Below, piece by piece: positions 29,989 through 40,630 of a stretch of 64,000 bases of DNA. The notes below the pieces were generated by a model. That model was given only the letters and a program-made list of their open reading frames with translations. It was not told the DNA's origin and ran no database searches. The position numbers and the translations under genes were made by a program. Each line of letters starts with the position of its first letter. The stretch's first letter is position 1. The stretch is from Nannocystis sp. RBIL2 (lineage in GTDB: Bacteria; Myxococcota_A; Polyangia; Nannocystales; Nannocystaceae): NCBI RefSeq assembly GCF_026626745.1, contig NZ_JAPNJW010000002.1, forward strand, positions 1,510,151 through 1,574,150, written 5' to 3'.

Positions 29989-31145
29989 TCAACACTCGCG
30001 GACGTGCCCGCGAGGGCGATGCGTCCGCGCCGACGTCCGCGTGACTGGCTGCGTCCTCGTTCACACCAGCTCCGAAGGCGTCGGAGCTCCCGACGCTAAC
30101 AAACACCTCAACGTCGTTCAGCACGGAAAAACCCCTGACCTCGAGCTCACTTTGTGGACTGGCCCGGTGGCGCCGCTCGCCGCGTGGATCGCCCGCCCCG
30201 CAGGCGAGGGACGCACCGCAGTTCAGGGTTCGTCGCGACGCGACCTCGACGTCGGGCCCGGCGTGGACGACCACCGATCCCCCGACACTCCCCCATGCAC
30301 CGGGCTGATGATAGCCGTCGGACGTCACGCCGCTCACGGCGCCGACCACGTCCTCGGTGTGCTCGCGGTCGAATGGCGCACCGGCCTCGCCCGACTCCCG
30401 GTCATCCGCAAGCTCGTCGAAACCGCGGATCCGCGCCCTGCCGCGGGCGCCGCCTGGGATGAGCACAAACATGATTTCGCCGCCGTTCGCGCCCGGCGGT
30501 CTCGGCGCCTCCGGGGCGGCGTCCGATTCGCCGGACTCGCAGGCGCCCGCGGCCCCGCCCCCGCGGGAATTTTCCGGGGAGGTCGTACTGCGCGGACTCG
30601 ACAGGATGCGCCGCGACGCGCGAGCCGAATGGACATTCGCGACGCGAGTCCGCTCGCGGGCCTTGCGCCCATTCTCCCGGCTCGTGCCCGCCCCCTGCGG
30701 ACTCGGCGGCTGCGTCGCGGTAGCGATTTCGCGCATCGTCGTCGGGCCAACCTTGGACGGGTCGGCCAGGGCGGCAACCGCTCGGCGCCGCACGAACCGG
30801 GGAGACGCGACGCTTTTCGTCGGTTGAGAGCAAAATTGGAGCCTTCATCACAGTTCCGAACTTCCAGGGTTCTTCCCAGTCATGGCGCGATTCGCGGACG
30901 GCGAGGCGAGCGCACCGCCGCTCGCGGCTCCAGCGTGTCCCGGAGCGATTGCCCCGAGTCTGCCGCCCGCCCGCGTCGCTGAAATCACCGCCGCCTTGCA
31001 CCCCGGGCGCCCTCTCCCAAGATTCCGCCGCAGTCGTCGGCCTCGCGGGCTCACGGGACTATGCGTACCCGCTGCGGAGCGAGCAGGCGCAGGCCGACGA
31101 CTGCGAGCGGCGAGACTGCGACGCGTCTGCGACGCCTGTGGGCGC

Positions 31146-31315
31146 CTCGCCTCGCTCCTCCGCCGCCGAGCGACCGGCCATCCTCCACCTGCTCGAAAGA
31201 CCAGGTAAGAGCGCGCCACGCCGCCCCTGACCTCGCCTCGCTCCTCCGCCGCCGAGCGACCGGCCATCCTCCACCTGCTCGAAAGACCAGGTAAGAGCGC
31301 GCCACGCCGCCCCTG
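31146..31315. repeat. Perfect 85-bp tandem duplication
   Basis: cctcgcctcgctcctccgccgccgagcgaccggccatcctccacctgctcgaaagaccaggtaagagcgcgccacgccgcccctgac occurs twice back to back. Confidence 0.8.
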
Positions 31316-31638
31316 ACCCGCGCCCCTGAAGACGCCGACCTTCGACCCCCTGTCCGCGAAGCGCTAGCTGTCCCGTGCTCGCCGGGAACACTGTCCGCGC
31401 AGCAGAGCCTCGACGGTCCCCCTTGCATCCGCTCGCCCGGAAAAACCCCGGTCCTCGGCCCACCCCACCCGCAATCGCCGCGCAACAATCCGAGACTTCT
31501 TCACCAGCTGTCCCAAAGCACAGGCGTCCGCCGTCGCTTCTCGACCGCGCCTCGCGCATCGCCGAGAGCCGCGACCCGACCCGCGATTCCGCCGTCGTTC
31601 GCACCGGCGTCTCGCAGCAGTCTCGCGGCCGACGAACA

Positions 31639-32589
31639 ATGATTCGTCCGACCCGCGACTTGCGACCTCGCGCGCTCCCGAGCACGCTGGTCTTCAGCGC
31701 CGTCATGACCCCCGCCCGCTCCCCGGCTCTCTCTCCGCGCGCGCTGGCCCCGGCGGGACGGGACCGTCCCCTCGACGCGCGGGCCGTCTCGCGCCACCCG
31801 TCCACCGGCGCCGCCGTCCGCTGCTTCGAGCTGCGCGCCGACCTGTGGCGCGCGCTGCTCGGTCAGCCCGCCGCGCTCGCCTCGATCGCCGAGCGCGCGC
31901 ACCGGGCCCTGCACCCCGAGCTGCGCCCGGACGGCCCCCTGCGCCGCCTCGAAGCCGCCGCCCAGGTCCTCGGCTGCAGCGACGACCTCGGCCCGCGCCT
32001 GGCCTACGAAGCGGCGCGTCGGGCCGCCTCCGACGCCCTGGGGCCCGCCGATCCCGACCGCTGTGTGGTCCGCCGCCTCGTCGGCGATATCCTCGCCCGT
32101 CGCTCGGTCCCCCTCGCCGAGCCCACCCTCGGCCGCTGGTGCGACATCCTGGAGCGGCGCCAGGCGGCGCTGGACGCCGCCCTGAACCTCCTGCGCGCCC
32201 GCGATGAGCAGATCGGCCGCCTCGTCCGCGCCTTGCGGCCACCCGGGCGCGGCTGCGCCGAGCTGGTCGTCGTCGCCAGCCAGGGGCTGCAATGGGCCGT
32301 GGGGCGCTACGATCCCCGCCGCGGCGTCCGCTTCGACCGGTTCGCGGAGTGGTGGATCCGGCGCATGATCCGTCGCCACCTCGCGCCGCCGCCGGCACCC
32401 GGACCTCGCCCGCGGGCCGAGCTGCGCAGCACCTGCGCGCAATTCACCACCCTCCACGGACGGGCCCCGACCGAGGAGGAACTGCTGGCATTGACAGGCG
32501 AACCGCTGGAGCAGGTCCGCCTTGCCCGGGCGCCCTTCTCGCACCATCGCTACCCCCGCGAAAGAGAAATCGACCCCGCGCCCCCATGA
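31639..32589 (+). CDS. Sigma-70 family-like protein with regions 2 and 3 but no region 4
   Basis: ELVVVASQGLQWAVGRYDPRRGVRFDRFAEWWIRRMIRRHL (region 2.x); TCAQFTTLHGRAPTEEELLALTGEPLEQVRLAR (region 3); stop follows; start uncertain. Confidence 0.45.
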   Translation: MIRPTRDLRPRALPSTLVFSAVMTPARSPALSPRALAPAGRDRPLDARAVSRHPSTGAAVRCFELRADLWRALLGQPAALASIAERAHRALHPELRPDGPLRRLEAAAQVLGCSDDLGPRLAYEAARRAASDALGPADPDRCVVRRLVGDILARRSVPLAEPTLGRWCDILERRQAALDAALNLLRARDEQIGRLVRALRPPGRGCAELVVVASQGLQWAVGRYDPRRGVRFDRFAEWWIRRMIRRHLAPPPAPGPRPRAELRSTCAQFTTLHGRAPTEEELLALTGEPLEQVRLARAPFSHHRYPREREIDPAPP

Positions 32590-32638
32590 CGCCGCCACCG
32601 GTCGTGCCATCGGGACGCGCACGAGAAAGGAACCGACC

Positions 32639-32959
32639 ATGGGCTCCCATCAAGCTTCCCCCCTCCGGCTCGGCCTCGCCTGCCTGATCGCGCTCGCGGC
32701 CTGCGGCGACCGCACGAAAGAGCCCCCGCCGGCGAATCGCAATCCAGGCCCGGGAACACCGGCGCCGGCCGACACCCGCACCAACCCCCATCCCACGGCC
32801 CAGCCCGCGAACAGCGGCACCCCCGGACCCTCCGCCGGCGCCGCCAACCCGAGCAACGTCCACACCCCCGACCCCGGCCACGAGCCGCCCGGTGGGGCCG
32901 CAGGCGCCGCCTCGCCCGACAAGCCCGCCGGCGAGCCCGCCCCGACCAAGGCGCACTAG
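32639..32959 (+). CDS. Pro-rich small lipoprotein
   Basis: Signal peptide LACLIALAACG lipobox; AAGGA RBS 9 nt upstream. Confidence 0.5.
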   Translation: MGSHQASPLRLGLACLIALAACGDRTKEPPPANRNPGPGTPAPADTRTNPHPTAQPANSGTPGPSAGAANPSNVHTPDPGHEPPGGAAGAASPDKPAGEPAPTKAH

Positions 32960-33136
32960 CAGCCCGCCTTCGCGGGTCCACGAGGCCGGCCGACGCCTTC
33001 GCGCGTGGGCCGGCCGATTCACGCCATGCGACCGCCGCAGCGCGAGCATCCTCGTCACGACGCTGCGCTGCGTCGCCGTCTGCGACGAATCACGCCGCGG
33101 CTGCACGCGGAACCGGCCCACATTCCCATCCCCGAC

Positions 33137-33350
33137 GCCGCCCGCGATCGGACGAGCCGCCGGTCTCCCTCCCGCACTCACCCCCGCGGCTGCAGGCGCA
33201 CGGCCCCTCGCAAACGATCACTGGCGAATCACCGCCCCCCGATCGGACGAATCACCAGTCTCCGTCCCGCACTTCGAGTGGGACGCGCATCCTCATAACC
33301 GCCCCATGCCGCCCCCCGATCGGACGAATCACCGGTCTCCGTCCCGAACT
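33137..33350. repeat. Three dispersed copies of about 35-bp motif gatcggacgaatcaccNgtctccgtcccg within an 1.3 kb non-coding gap
   Basis: copies near 33140, 33240, 33318. Confidence 0.55.
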
Positions 33351-33912
33351 TCGGGCGGGGGCGTATGCTGCTCCCACGGCCGCCGCGGCCCGTCCCGCAG
33401 CTCTGCTGAATCACCGCAGCCGGTGCTCCGCGCCCTCGCCCCGCAAACGTCGGAGCGGTCCGGCATTCGCATTACCGGCAGCCGAGTCACCGCCCGAAGG
33501 CTACGCCCCGACGCTTTACCCTCCCGCCTCGCGCCCCTCGTTCGCCGCGCGCCACCTTCGGCGAACCTCCGGCGATCGCTGCAGCGAACCACAGCCAGTA
33601 GCCGACGCGGCAGCGGCAATTCGTTTCTTCTTTGTTTTGTTTTCTCTAAAATAACCAATGGATTGTCCGAGGTCGCGTCCTGCGCGCGAAGCTCGACCGT
33701 GCTCGCAGTGACCTTCGTCGTCGCGGCCGCGGCGGCGGACTCTTCTGCCTCACTCTGCCGCGGCTTCGCCCCATCGAGCGATCGACCGCCGCCGTGCGCG
33801 ACCGCGACGTCGTTCGGCCGCCGTCTCTTGCCCATGCAACAAATCCGCGCACCTTCGTTTCAGGCCGCCGGATCGGTATCGCCGAGCTCGCGGAGGCCGG
33901 AGGAGCGTCATC

Positions 33913-34425
33913 ATGGCCTCGATCTTCCAGCACCTGCGCGAGGAGCACGAGCGGCTCCAGCGCTCGATCGTCCGCCTCCGCGGCGTCGAGCCCGGGGCTG
34001 ACCGACTGCAGCCGTTCAACCAGCTGCGCCGCCAGTACGTCGCCTACGCGCGCGCCGCCGCGGGCGTCCTCTACAGCTACCTGATCCACGTCAAGACCAC
34101 CCAGCAGCGGGCCCTCCAGGGCCTCGAGGAGCACAAGCGCCTCGAAGTGCGCCTCCTCGACGCCGAGCGCGTCCTCACCGACGACGATCACTGGCGCCCC
34201 ACGATCACCTCGCTGTGCGAGGAGCTGGCCCGGCACTTGCGCGACGAGGAGCGCGGCCTGTTCTCGACGGCGAGGGTCGCGCTCAGCGACCGCGAGGCCA
34301 TCGGCCTCGGCGCCTGCTTCGCCGCCGAGCGCGCTCGCTTGCACGGCGATCTCAGCAACCTGACCGGCAGTCCCCCCGAACCCCTCGCATCGGCGGCCGG
34401 GACCGGACGACTGCCGATCCACTGA
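33913..34425 (+). CDS. Hemerythrin HHE cation-binding domain protein
   Basis: HLREEHERL and ARHLRDEERGLF HxxxE motifs. Confidence 0.7.
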   Translation: MASIFQHLREEHERLQRSIVRLRGVEPGADRLQPFNQLRRQYVAYARAAAGVLYSYLIHVKTTQQRALQGLEEHKRLEVRLLDAERVLTDDDHWRPTITSLCEELARHLRDEERGLFSTARVALSDREAIGLGACFAAERARLHGDLSNLTGSPPEPLASAAGTGRLPIH

Positions 34426-34449
34426 CCCCAAACCACAAGGAACACGACC

Positions 34450-34968
34450 ATGCCCAAGACCCAGATCCAGATCTACGACATCCTGAAGCGCGAACACGAG
34501 GAAGTGAGCGAGCTGCTGCACCAGCTCAAGGAAGCCAAGGGCAACGCCGCGCAGAAGTTGTTCGCCGAGATCCAGCTCAAGCTCGTGCCGCACTCGCGCG
34601 GCGAGGAGACGACCGTCTATTCGCGGCTGCTCAATGAGCGGAGCGCCTCCGAGAAGATCCGCGTCAGCCTCGAGGAGCACCGCCAGGTCGACGTCCTGCT
34701 CGAGGAGCTGGGCGCCATGTCCCCGCGCGACGAGGAGTGGTCCGCCAAGGTCCACGTGCTCGCCGACATGGTCGGCCACCACGTCGACGAGGAGGAGGGC
34801 GAGCTGTTCCCGATGGCCCGCGCAGTGCTCTCCGACCGTGAGGCCGCCCAGATCGCCCAGGAGTACGAGCAGGCCCGCGACGAGGCCATGCAAGCCATGA
34901 CCGGCGAAGCTGAAGAGGGCGAAGAAGTCGAAGAAGGCGGAGAGGAAGAAGAGCGCGGCGCCGCATGA
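34450..34968 (+). CDS. Hemerythrin HHE cation-binding domain protein (tandem paralog) with acidic tail
   Basis: LKREHEEVSELL, VGHHVDEEEGELFP; AAGGA RBS. Confidence 0.75.
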   Translation: MPKTQIQIYDILKREHEEVSELLHQLKEAKGNAAQKLFAEIQLKLVPHSRGEETTVYSRLLNERSASEKIRVSLEEHRQVDVLLEELGAMSPRDEEWSAKVHVLADMVGHHVDEEEGELFPMARAVLSDREAAQIAQEYEQARDEAMQAMTGEAEEGEEVEEGGEEEERGAA

Positions 34969-35304
34969 CCACAATCGCTTCCCCGACAAAACTCGCCGCG
35001 AGCGCTTGACCGCACTCGCCGCACCGACGATGCCTGCGGGCTCTTGCCAGGAGCCCGCCGGGACCACGATCGAGCCCGGGCGCCGCCGCTCCGGGCTCTT
35101 CGCGCGCACCCGCGTCGCCGCGCCTCGCTCCGGCGCGCGCGAGAGGCAGCCGTTTTGCCGGCCGTACCAAAGCCGACAGCCATGAAGCCCCGCAGAAGAC
35201 CCCCGAGCTCAAGACGACCTGCGCCCTGCCCCGCGAGAGTTCCGCCGGCAAATCAACCTGTCCCAGAGGACATCACGACAATCCACGCCCCGCGGCTCTC
35301 GCCC

Positions 35305-35658
35305 TCATTCACCGAACACGCATGACAGCCCGTCGCGCGTCAGCAGCTCGCGCGACACCGACTGGCCCGTCCTCCACGTCAGCGTGACCGCGGCCACGCG
35401 CTCGTACGAGCCGTCCTGCCCCGGCCGCAGCTCGGCGCCGTCGCGGTCGCGCGTGGCCACCGAATACGTCGGCGCCCAGCCCGAATGAAACCAGTGATTG
35501 GCCCGGCACAGCGCCTCCGTCTCCTCGCTCGCGGTGGTCGCCGCCGCGATCGAGCGCGCCAGCCAAGCCACCACCGCGTATGGGTACGCGAAGTACCAAC
35601 CCGCCGCGAGCCCGACGACGATTGCGATCACGAGCTTGCGCGCGCGCGGACGAGCCAT
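35305..35658 (-). CDS. Small membrane-anchored hypothetical protein
   Basis: 117 aa, N-terminal TM helix LVIAIVVGLAAGWYFAYPYAVVAWL. Confidence 0.4.
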   Translation of the reverse strand: MARPRARKLVIAIVVGLAAGWYFAYPYAVVAWLARSIAAATTASEETEALCRANHWFHSGWAPTYSVATRDRDGAELRPGQDGSYERVAAVTLTWRTGQSVSRELLTRDGLSCVFGE

Positions 35659-35781
35659 GGCCGTCCAGTCTAGCACCCGCGGCCGCGCCGGACGCCACGA
35701 TCTCGCCGGTGTTACGCACCCCGAGGACGGAGTCGTCTCGTCCGCGGCCCGCCTCGGCCGCAGCGTGATACCCTGCCCGCC

Positions 35782-37086
35782 ATGCTGATGACGGTGTCCT
35801 GCTCGCGCTGGTCCGACGTCGATCCTGCCGGGCACGAGTTCGATCTCGAGCCGGCGCGGCGGATCGTCGAGCGGCTCGTGCAGGCGACAGTCGCCGATCG
35901 CGGCGCGAGCTGGCGCGCGGTCCCGCAGAAGGTCCGGGACGCCCTCATCGAGCAGTTCGACCGCGAGTTCGTCGGCGAGTACGGCGCGTGGGCGTCCGGC
36001 TGGCACTGGGCCGCCAGCGAGCCCGGCGGCGGCGGTCCGGTGCGCGGCTGGTGCTGCTCGCGCGACAGCCTGTTCCGCCGCGACGACCCCGACCCGCAGG
36101 CGACAGTCGAGCGCGTCGTCGCGGCGCTCGGCGAGTGGCAGCAATACCTCGTCGACCTCGCCGCGACCTTCGCCGACCTGTACCAAGAGACAGCCGACCT
36201 CCCGCTCGCCGATCAGGTCGAGCGCGCCGCGGCCCGCCTCTTACCGCTCGTCGTCGAGCGCACGGGCGCCGAGGATGCCTGGTACGACACCTTCACCCGC
36301 GCGCTCCTGTGGTGCCTCGAGTCGTTCGGCCGCGCCGGTCGCGACGTCCAGCGCGCCGTGGAGCACGTCGTCGGCGGCCATTTTTCCAGCTGGTGCGCGC
36401 CCGACCCTGCCGCTGCCCGCGAGGCCTGCACCCAGCTCGGCCTCGCCGTCGCCGACGCCGCCCGCGAATCGGACACCGCCCCGCGCCCCGACGCCCTCGC
36501 CGCCTGGCTGGAGACCCGCGTCACTGCCTTCCGCGACCCCCCGCGCTCGCGGCGGCGGACGCCGCTCCACCACGATGGTCACCTCCTCTTCATCGAACAG
36601 CGCGATCGGCCCCGCGACCCGGTCCGCGCCGATCGCATGCTCGCCGCCCTGACGGCCTGCCGGGCCCACGCCCGCTCGGGCGATCCGCTGACCTTCGACG
36701 TCCTCGCCTCCTGGCAGGCGCAGGTCCTCGGCGTCGACGCGCCTCGCTTCCGCACCACCGAGGCCTTCGCCCGCGGCGGCCACGACCGCTACGGCCTGGC
36801 CCCCGACACCTTCGAGCGCTTCACCGCCTGCGTCGCCGAGGCCGCCTCCGCGGAGCCGTTGACCGTCCGCGCCGCCCGCGTCTACCTCGACGTCTGCTTC
36901 TTCCACCCCTTCGTCGACGGCAACGCCCGCGCCGCCCGCCTCGCCCTCGATCACGTGATCACCCGCGCCGGCCTCGGCCTGCACAGCGTCGAGCCGCTGT
37001 TCATCATCGCCCGCGACGCCCACGACACCCGCGGCGCCTGGTGCCTCGCCCGCGCGCTCGAGCAGCTGCTCGGCTCGCCCGCGTGA
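35782..37086 (+). CDS. Fic/DOC (Fido) domain protein with about 330-aa N-terminal domain of unknown function
   Basis: C-terminal HPFVDGNARAARL matches Fic motif HPFx[DE]GNGR (GNGR replaced by GNAR). Confidence 0.7.
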   Translation: MLMTVSCSRWSDVDPAGHEFDLEPARRIVERLVQATVADRGASWRAVPQKVRDALIEQFDREFVGEYGAWASGWHWAASEPGGGGPVRGWCCSRDSLFRRDDPDPQATVERVVAALGEWQQYLVDLAATFADLYQETADLPLADQVERAAARLLPLVVERTGAEDAWYDTFTRALLWCLESFGRAGRDVQRAVEHVVGGHFSSWCAPDPAAAREACTQLGLAVADAARESDTAPRPDALAAWLETRVTAFRDPPRSRRRTPLHHDGHLLFIEQRDRPRDPVRADRMLAALTACRAHARSGDPLTFDVLASWQAQVLGVDAPRFRTTEAFARGGHDRYGLAPDTFERFTACVAEAASAEPLTVRAARVYLDVCFFHPFVDGNARAARLALDHVITRAGLGLHSVEPLFIIARDAHDTRGAWCLARALEQLLGSPA

Positions 37087-37262
37087 TCGCGAGACAACCG
37101 CGAATCACCGGACCCCGTATTGCGTAGAGTGCCCGCAATCGTCGCTGGCGCGCCGGCGAATGCGAAGAGACCGGCGCTCCAAAATGCGCGCGGACGATCG
37201 ACGAATCGATCGCATCTTTGCCCTAGCAACATCGTCGATCGCAGCCGGTTATACGCCTCGCC

Positions 37263-39092
37263 ATGAACTGGACTCCTCTACTGCGCCTCTCCCCTGTCGT
37301 GCTCGCCGCCTGTCCGGGCGGGCCGGCGGCGTCGACCGACACCGATCCCGCCGACACCAGCGGTCCGACGACCACGACTGTCGCCACCGATCCATCGACC
37401 ACGCCCACGACTACCGGCCCGGCCACCGAGACCGGTCCCGATCCCACCACCACGACGACGGGCGAAAACACCACCGCGGTCGATCCCACCACCGGCGATC
37501 CCACCAGCGATCCCACGACCCTCGACACCACCACGACCACCACCAGCGAAACCACTTCCACCACCGACGCCACGTCCACCACCGACACCACCGACACCGG
37601 CGTCGTCGGCGAATGTGTCCCTGGGGACATCCAGAGCTGTTACAGCGGCCCGGGCGGCACCCTCGACGTCGGCGAGTGCGTCGCGGGGCAGCAGGAGTGC
37701 GACCGCGACCAGACCTGGGGCCCGTGCGTCGGCGAGGTCGTGCCCGCGCCCGACACCTGCGACGAGCCCGGCGACGAGAGCTGCGACGGCTTCGACCCGT
37801 GCCAGGGCGACGGTGAGTTCGCCTGGGGACTCACCTTCGGCAAGGCCGGCGACGACGAGGGCGCCCGGGTCGCCTTCGACGGCGCCGGCAACCTCGTCGT
37901 CGCAGCGTGGGGCAACGGCGACATCGACTTCGGCGACGGCCTGCTCGTCCACGCCGGCTACGACGTCTTCCTCGCCAAGTTCGCGCCGGACGGCGCCATC
38001 CTGTGGAGCAAGCGCTTCGGCGACGGCGACTACCAGGGCGGCCCGGAATACGGCCTCGCCATCGCCGACGACGGCGACATCGTGCTCAGCGGGATCTTCA
38101 ACGGCGACATCGACTTCGGCGGCGATCCCCTCAAGAACCCCACGCTGAAGACCGGCCTCTTCCTCGCGCGCCTCGACGGCGACGGCCAGCACGTGTGGAG
38201 CAAGTCGTTCATCGCCGGCGAGGACGTGGCTCCCCTCGATCTGGCGCTCGACGCCGGCGGCAACATCCTGATCACCGGCGCCTTCTACGGCTCGCTCCCG
38301 CTCGGCGGCGCCCCCCTCGTCTCCGCGGGTGGCAACGACATGTTCGTCGCCAAGTTCACCGGCGCCGGCGCCCACGTGTGGAGCGCCGGCTTCGGCGACC
38401 CGGACTGGCAGGTCGGCATCGGCATCGCGCCCGACCCCGCGGGCAACATCTTCGTCACCGGCGGCCTGCGCGGCAGCTTCGACCCGGGCACGGGCCCGCT
38501 CACCAGCGCCGGCTCCGAGGACATCTTCCTCATCAAGTTCGACCCGGCCGGCGACGCTCTGTGGGGCAAGCGCTGGGGCGACGCCGGCAGCCAGGACGTC
38601 GGCGGCCTCGCGGTCGACAGCAAGGGCCGTGTCGCCCTCACCGGCGGCACCAGCGGCGTCCTCGACTTCGGCGGCGGCCCACTCGAGGGCGACATCGTCG
38701 TCAGCTACCTCGCCCAGCTCGACGGCGACGGCGACCACCTGTGGAGCCGCGAGCTGTGCGAGGGCGGCTCGATCGCCGAGAAGGTCGCCGTCGACGGCCT
38801 CGACAACCTCGTCACCATCGGCACCTTCTACGACACCTGCGACCTCGGCAGCGGCCCTCTGACCGCCGCCGAATACCGCGACGTGTTCGTCGCCAGGTTC
38901 AGCCCCGGCGGCCAGCCAGGGTGGAGCAAGCGCCTCGGCGGCCCGCAGGAGCAGTACGGGGCCCACGTCGCCGCGTCCGCCGCGGGATCCGTGGCCGCCG
39001 TCGGCAATTTTTACGATGCCATCGACCTCGGCGAGGGCCTCGAGACCAGCCAGGGCGGCCGCGACGGCTTCGTCGTCGTCCTCGATCCGTGA
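37263..39092 (+). CDS. Lipoprotein with Thr-rich linker, Cys-rich module and SBBP beta-propeller repeats
   Basis: Lipobox VLAACPG; poly-T/TTT linker; repeated ..DGxxxWSKxFGxxGxD.GxxIAxDxxGNIxxTGxF.. units. Confidence 0.8.
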   Translation: MNWTPLLRLSPVVLAACPGGPAASTDTDPADTSGPTTTTVATDPSTTPTTTGPATETGPDPTTTTTGENTTAVDPTTGDPTSDPTTLDTTTTTTSETTSTTDATSTTDTTDTGVVGECVPGDIQSCYSGPGGTLDVGECVAGQQECDRDQTWGPCVGEVVPAPDTCDEPGDESCDGFDPCQGDGEFAWGLTFGKAGDDEGARVAFDGAGNLVVAAWGNGDIDFGDGLLVHAGYDVFLAKFAPDGAILWSKRFGDGDYQGGPEYGLAIADDGDIVLSGIFNGDIDFGGDPLKNPTLKTGLFLARLDGDGQHVWSKSFIAGEDVAPLDLALDAGGNILITGAFYGSLPLGGAPLVSAGGNDMFVAKFTGAGAHVWSAGFGDPDWQVGIGIAPDPAGNIFVTGGLRGSFDPGTGPLTSAGSEDIFLIKFDPAGDALWGKRWGDAGSQDVGGLAVDSKGRVALTGGTSGVLDFGGGPLEGDIVVSYLAQLDGDGDHLWSRELCEGGSIAEKVAVDGLDNLVTIGTFYDTCDLGSGPLTAAEYRDVFVARFSPGGQPGWSKRLGGPQEQYGAHVAASAAGSVAAVGNFYDAIDLGEGLETSQGGRDGFVVVLDP

Positions 39093-39126
39093 CCTCGCGA
39101 ACAGGACCGAGGCGCGGCCTGCACGA

Positions 39127-39245
39127 TGGCTGTCCGAACGGGCATGTCCCGAAGGCCATGCTGCTCGGGCCAGGGGCCGCCGTCCCCGGCGGTCATTGCC
39201 TTTCCGCACCTATCCGATCGGGCATGTCCCGCAGGACATGCCCCC
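39127..39245. repeat. Two hairpin-repeat copies in convergent intergenic region
   Basis: gggcatgtcccgaaggccatgc and gggcatgtcccgcaggacatgccc. Confidence 0.75.
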
Positions 39246-39265
39246 GGCGCCAGCCACTACCACCG

Positions 39266-40567
39266 TCACCTGCGGTGGATCGTCCCGCCCTTCATGACGA
39301 AGCGGACCTGCCGCAGCGCCCCGATCGAGCGCGTCGGGTCGCCCTCGACGGCGACCAGGTCGGCGAGCAGCCCGACCTTGACCTGGCCGATGCTGTCGGC
39401 CATGTGAAGCATCTTCGCGTTCACCGCCGTCGCCGCGCGCAGCGCCTGGACCGGCTTCATCCCGTAGTCGACCATCAGCTCGAGCTCGCGGACGTTGTCG
39501 CCGTGGCTGAACACCCCGACGTCGCTGCCGTTGCAGATCGGCACCCCCGCCTTCAGGGCCGCGCGGAAGCTCGCCCGCTTGTCGCGGATCGCCTGCGGCT
39601 CCGGGGCCGCGCCCTTCTTCCAGCCCGCGTACTGCAGGATCGCGTCGGTCGCCGCCAGCGTCGGGCACAAGTACACCCCGCGCTTGGCCATCAATTTAAA
39701 AACTTCCGCCGTCCCGCCGTCGCCGTGCTCGATCGTCTCGGCCCCGGCCAGCACCGCGCGGCGCATCCCCTCGGGCGTGCTCGCGTGGACCACCACCGGC
39801 CTTTGACCATCGCGCGCGGTCGCCACGATCCGCTCCATCTCCGCCTGCGAGAACGTCGGCAGCGCCTGGCCTTTCGGGCCCCACGAGTAATCGCCGTACA
39901 CCTTGATCCAGTCGGCCCCGCGGGCGATCTGGCCGCGCACCACCCGGACCAGGTCCTCGCCGTCGGCCTCCTCCGCGCCTTGCGGCACGTGCCACTCCGG
40001 CGCGAAGCCCTTCGGCGCGTACGTCCCGGTGGCGACGATCGCCCGCGTCGTCGTCAGCACTCGCGGCCCCGGGATGATGCCCTGCTGGATCGCCTGCTTG
40101 AGGCCGACGTCGGCCTCGGCCGCGCCCTCCGTCCCGAGGTCGCGCACCGTCGTGAAGCCGGCCAGCAGCGTCTCGCGGGCGTGGTTCGTCGCCCGGGCCA
40201 CGCGCACGGTCAGCGGCTCGCGCAGCACCTGGTCGTTCCACGTCGTCTCGTTGTAGGGGTGCAGCAGCAGGTGCGAGTGCCCCTCGATCAGCCCCGGCAG
40301 CAGCGTCGTGTTCGGCAGCTCGACCACCTCGGCGTCGGCCGGCGCGCCGACCTGCGCCGCCGGCCCGACCGCCGCGATCCGATCGCCGCGGACCAGCACC
40401 ACCCAGCCCTCGCGCGGCTGCTCGCTCGCGCCCTCGAACACCCGCGCCGGGCGCAGCAGGTACGCCTTGGCGGGCGCCGGCGGCGGAGCGGCCGCCGCGA
40501 CGCCGGGCTGTCCCCAGAGACATGTGACTGCGAGCGCGAGGACGGCGAGGGCGGCGAGGCGGCGCAT
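39266..40567 (-). CDS. Secreted metal-dependent amidohydrolase
   Basis: Signal peptide; [14 protein letters not shown] metal-binding HxH, ..VHAST.., ..CNGSDVGVF.. Confidence 0.85.
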   Translation of the reverse strand: MRRLAALAVLALAVTCLWGQPGVAAAAPPPAPAKAYLLRPARVFEGASEQPREGWVVLVRGDRIAAVGPAAQVGAPADAEVVELPNTTLLPGLIEGHSHLLLHPYNETTWNDQVLREPLTVRVARATNHARETLLAGFTTVRDLGTEGAAEADVGLKQAIQQGIIPGPRVLTTTRAIVATGTYAPKGFAPEWHVPQGAEEADGEDLVRVVRGQIARGADWIKVYGDYSWGPKGQALPTFSQAEMERIVATARDGQRPVVVHASTPEGMRRAVLAGAETIEHGDGGTAEVFKLMAKRGVYLCPTLAATDAILQYAGWKKGAAPEPQAIRDKRASFRAALKAGVPICNGSDVGVFSHGDNVRELELMVDYGMKPVQALRAATAVNAKMLHMADSIGQVKVGLLADLVAVEGDPTRSIGALRQVRFVMKGGTIHRR

Positions 40568-40604
40568 GACAGCCCGCGATCGTAGAACGATTGTCGCCCC
40601 CCGT

Positions 40605-40622
40605 CCATGTCCCGAGGGACAG
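40605..40622. repeat. Hairpin-repeat copy
   Basis: catgtcccgagggacag. Confidence 0.6.
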
Positions 40623-40630
40623 CCGGCGCC

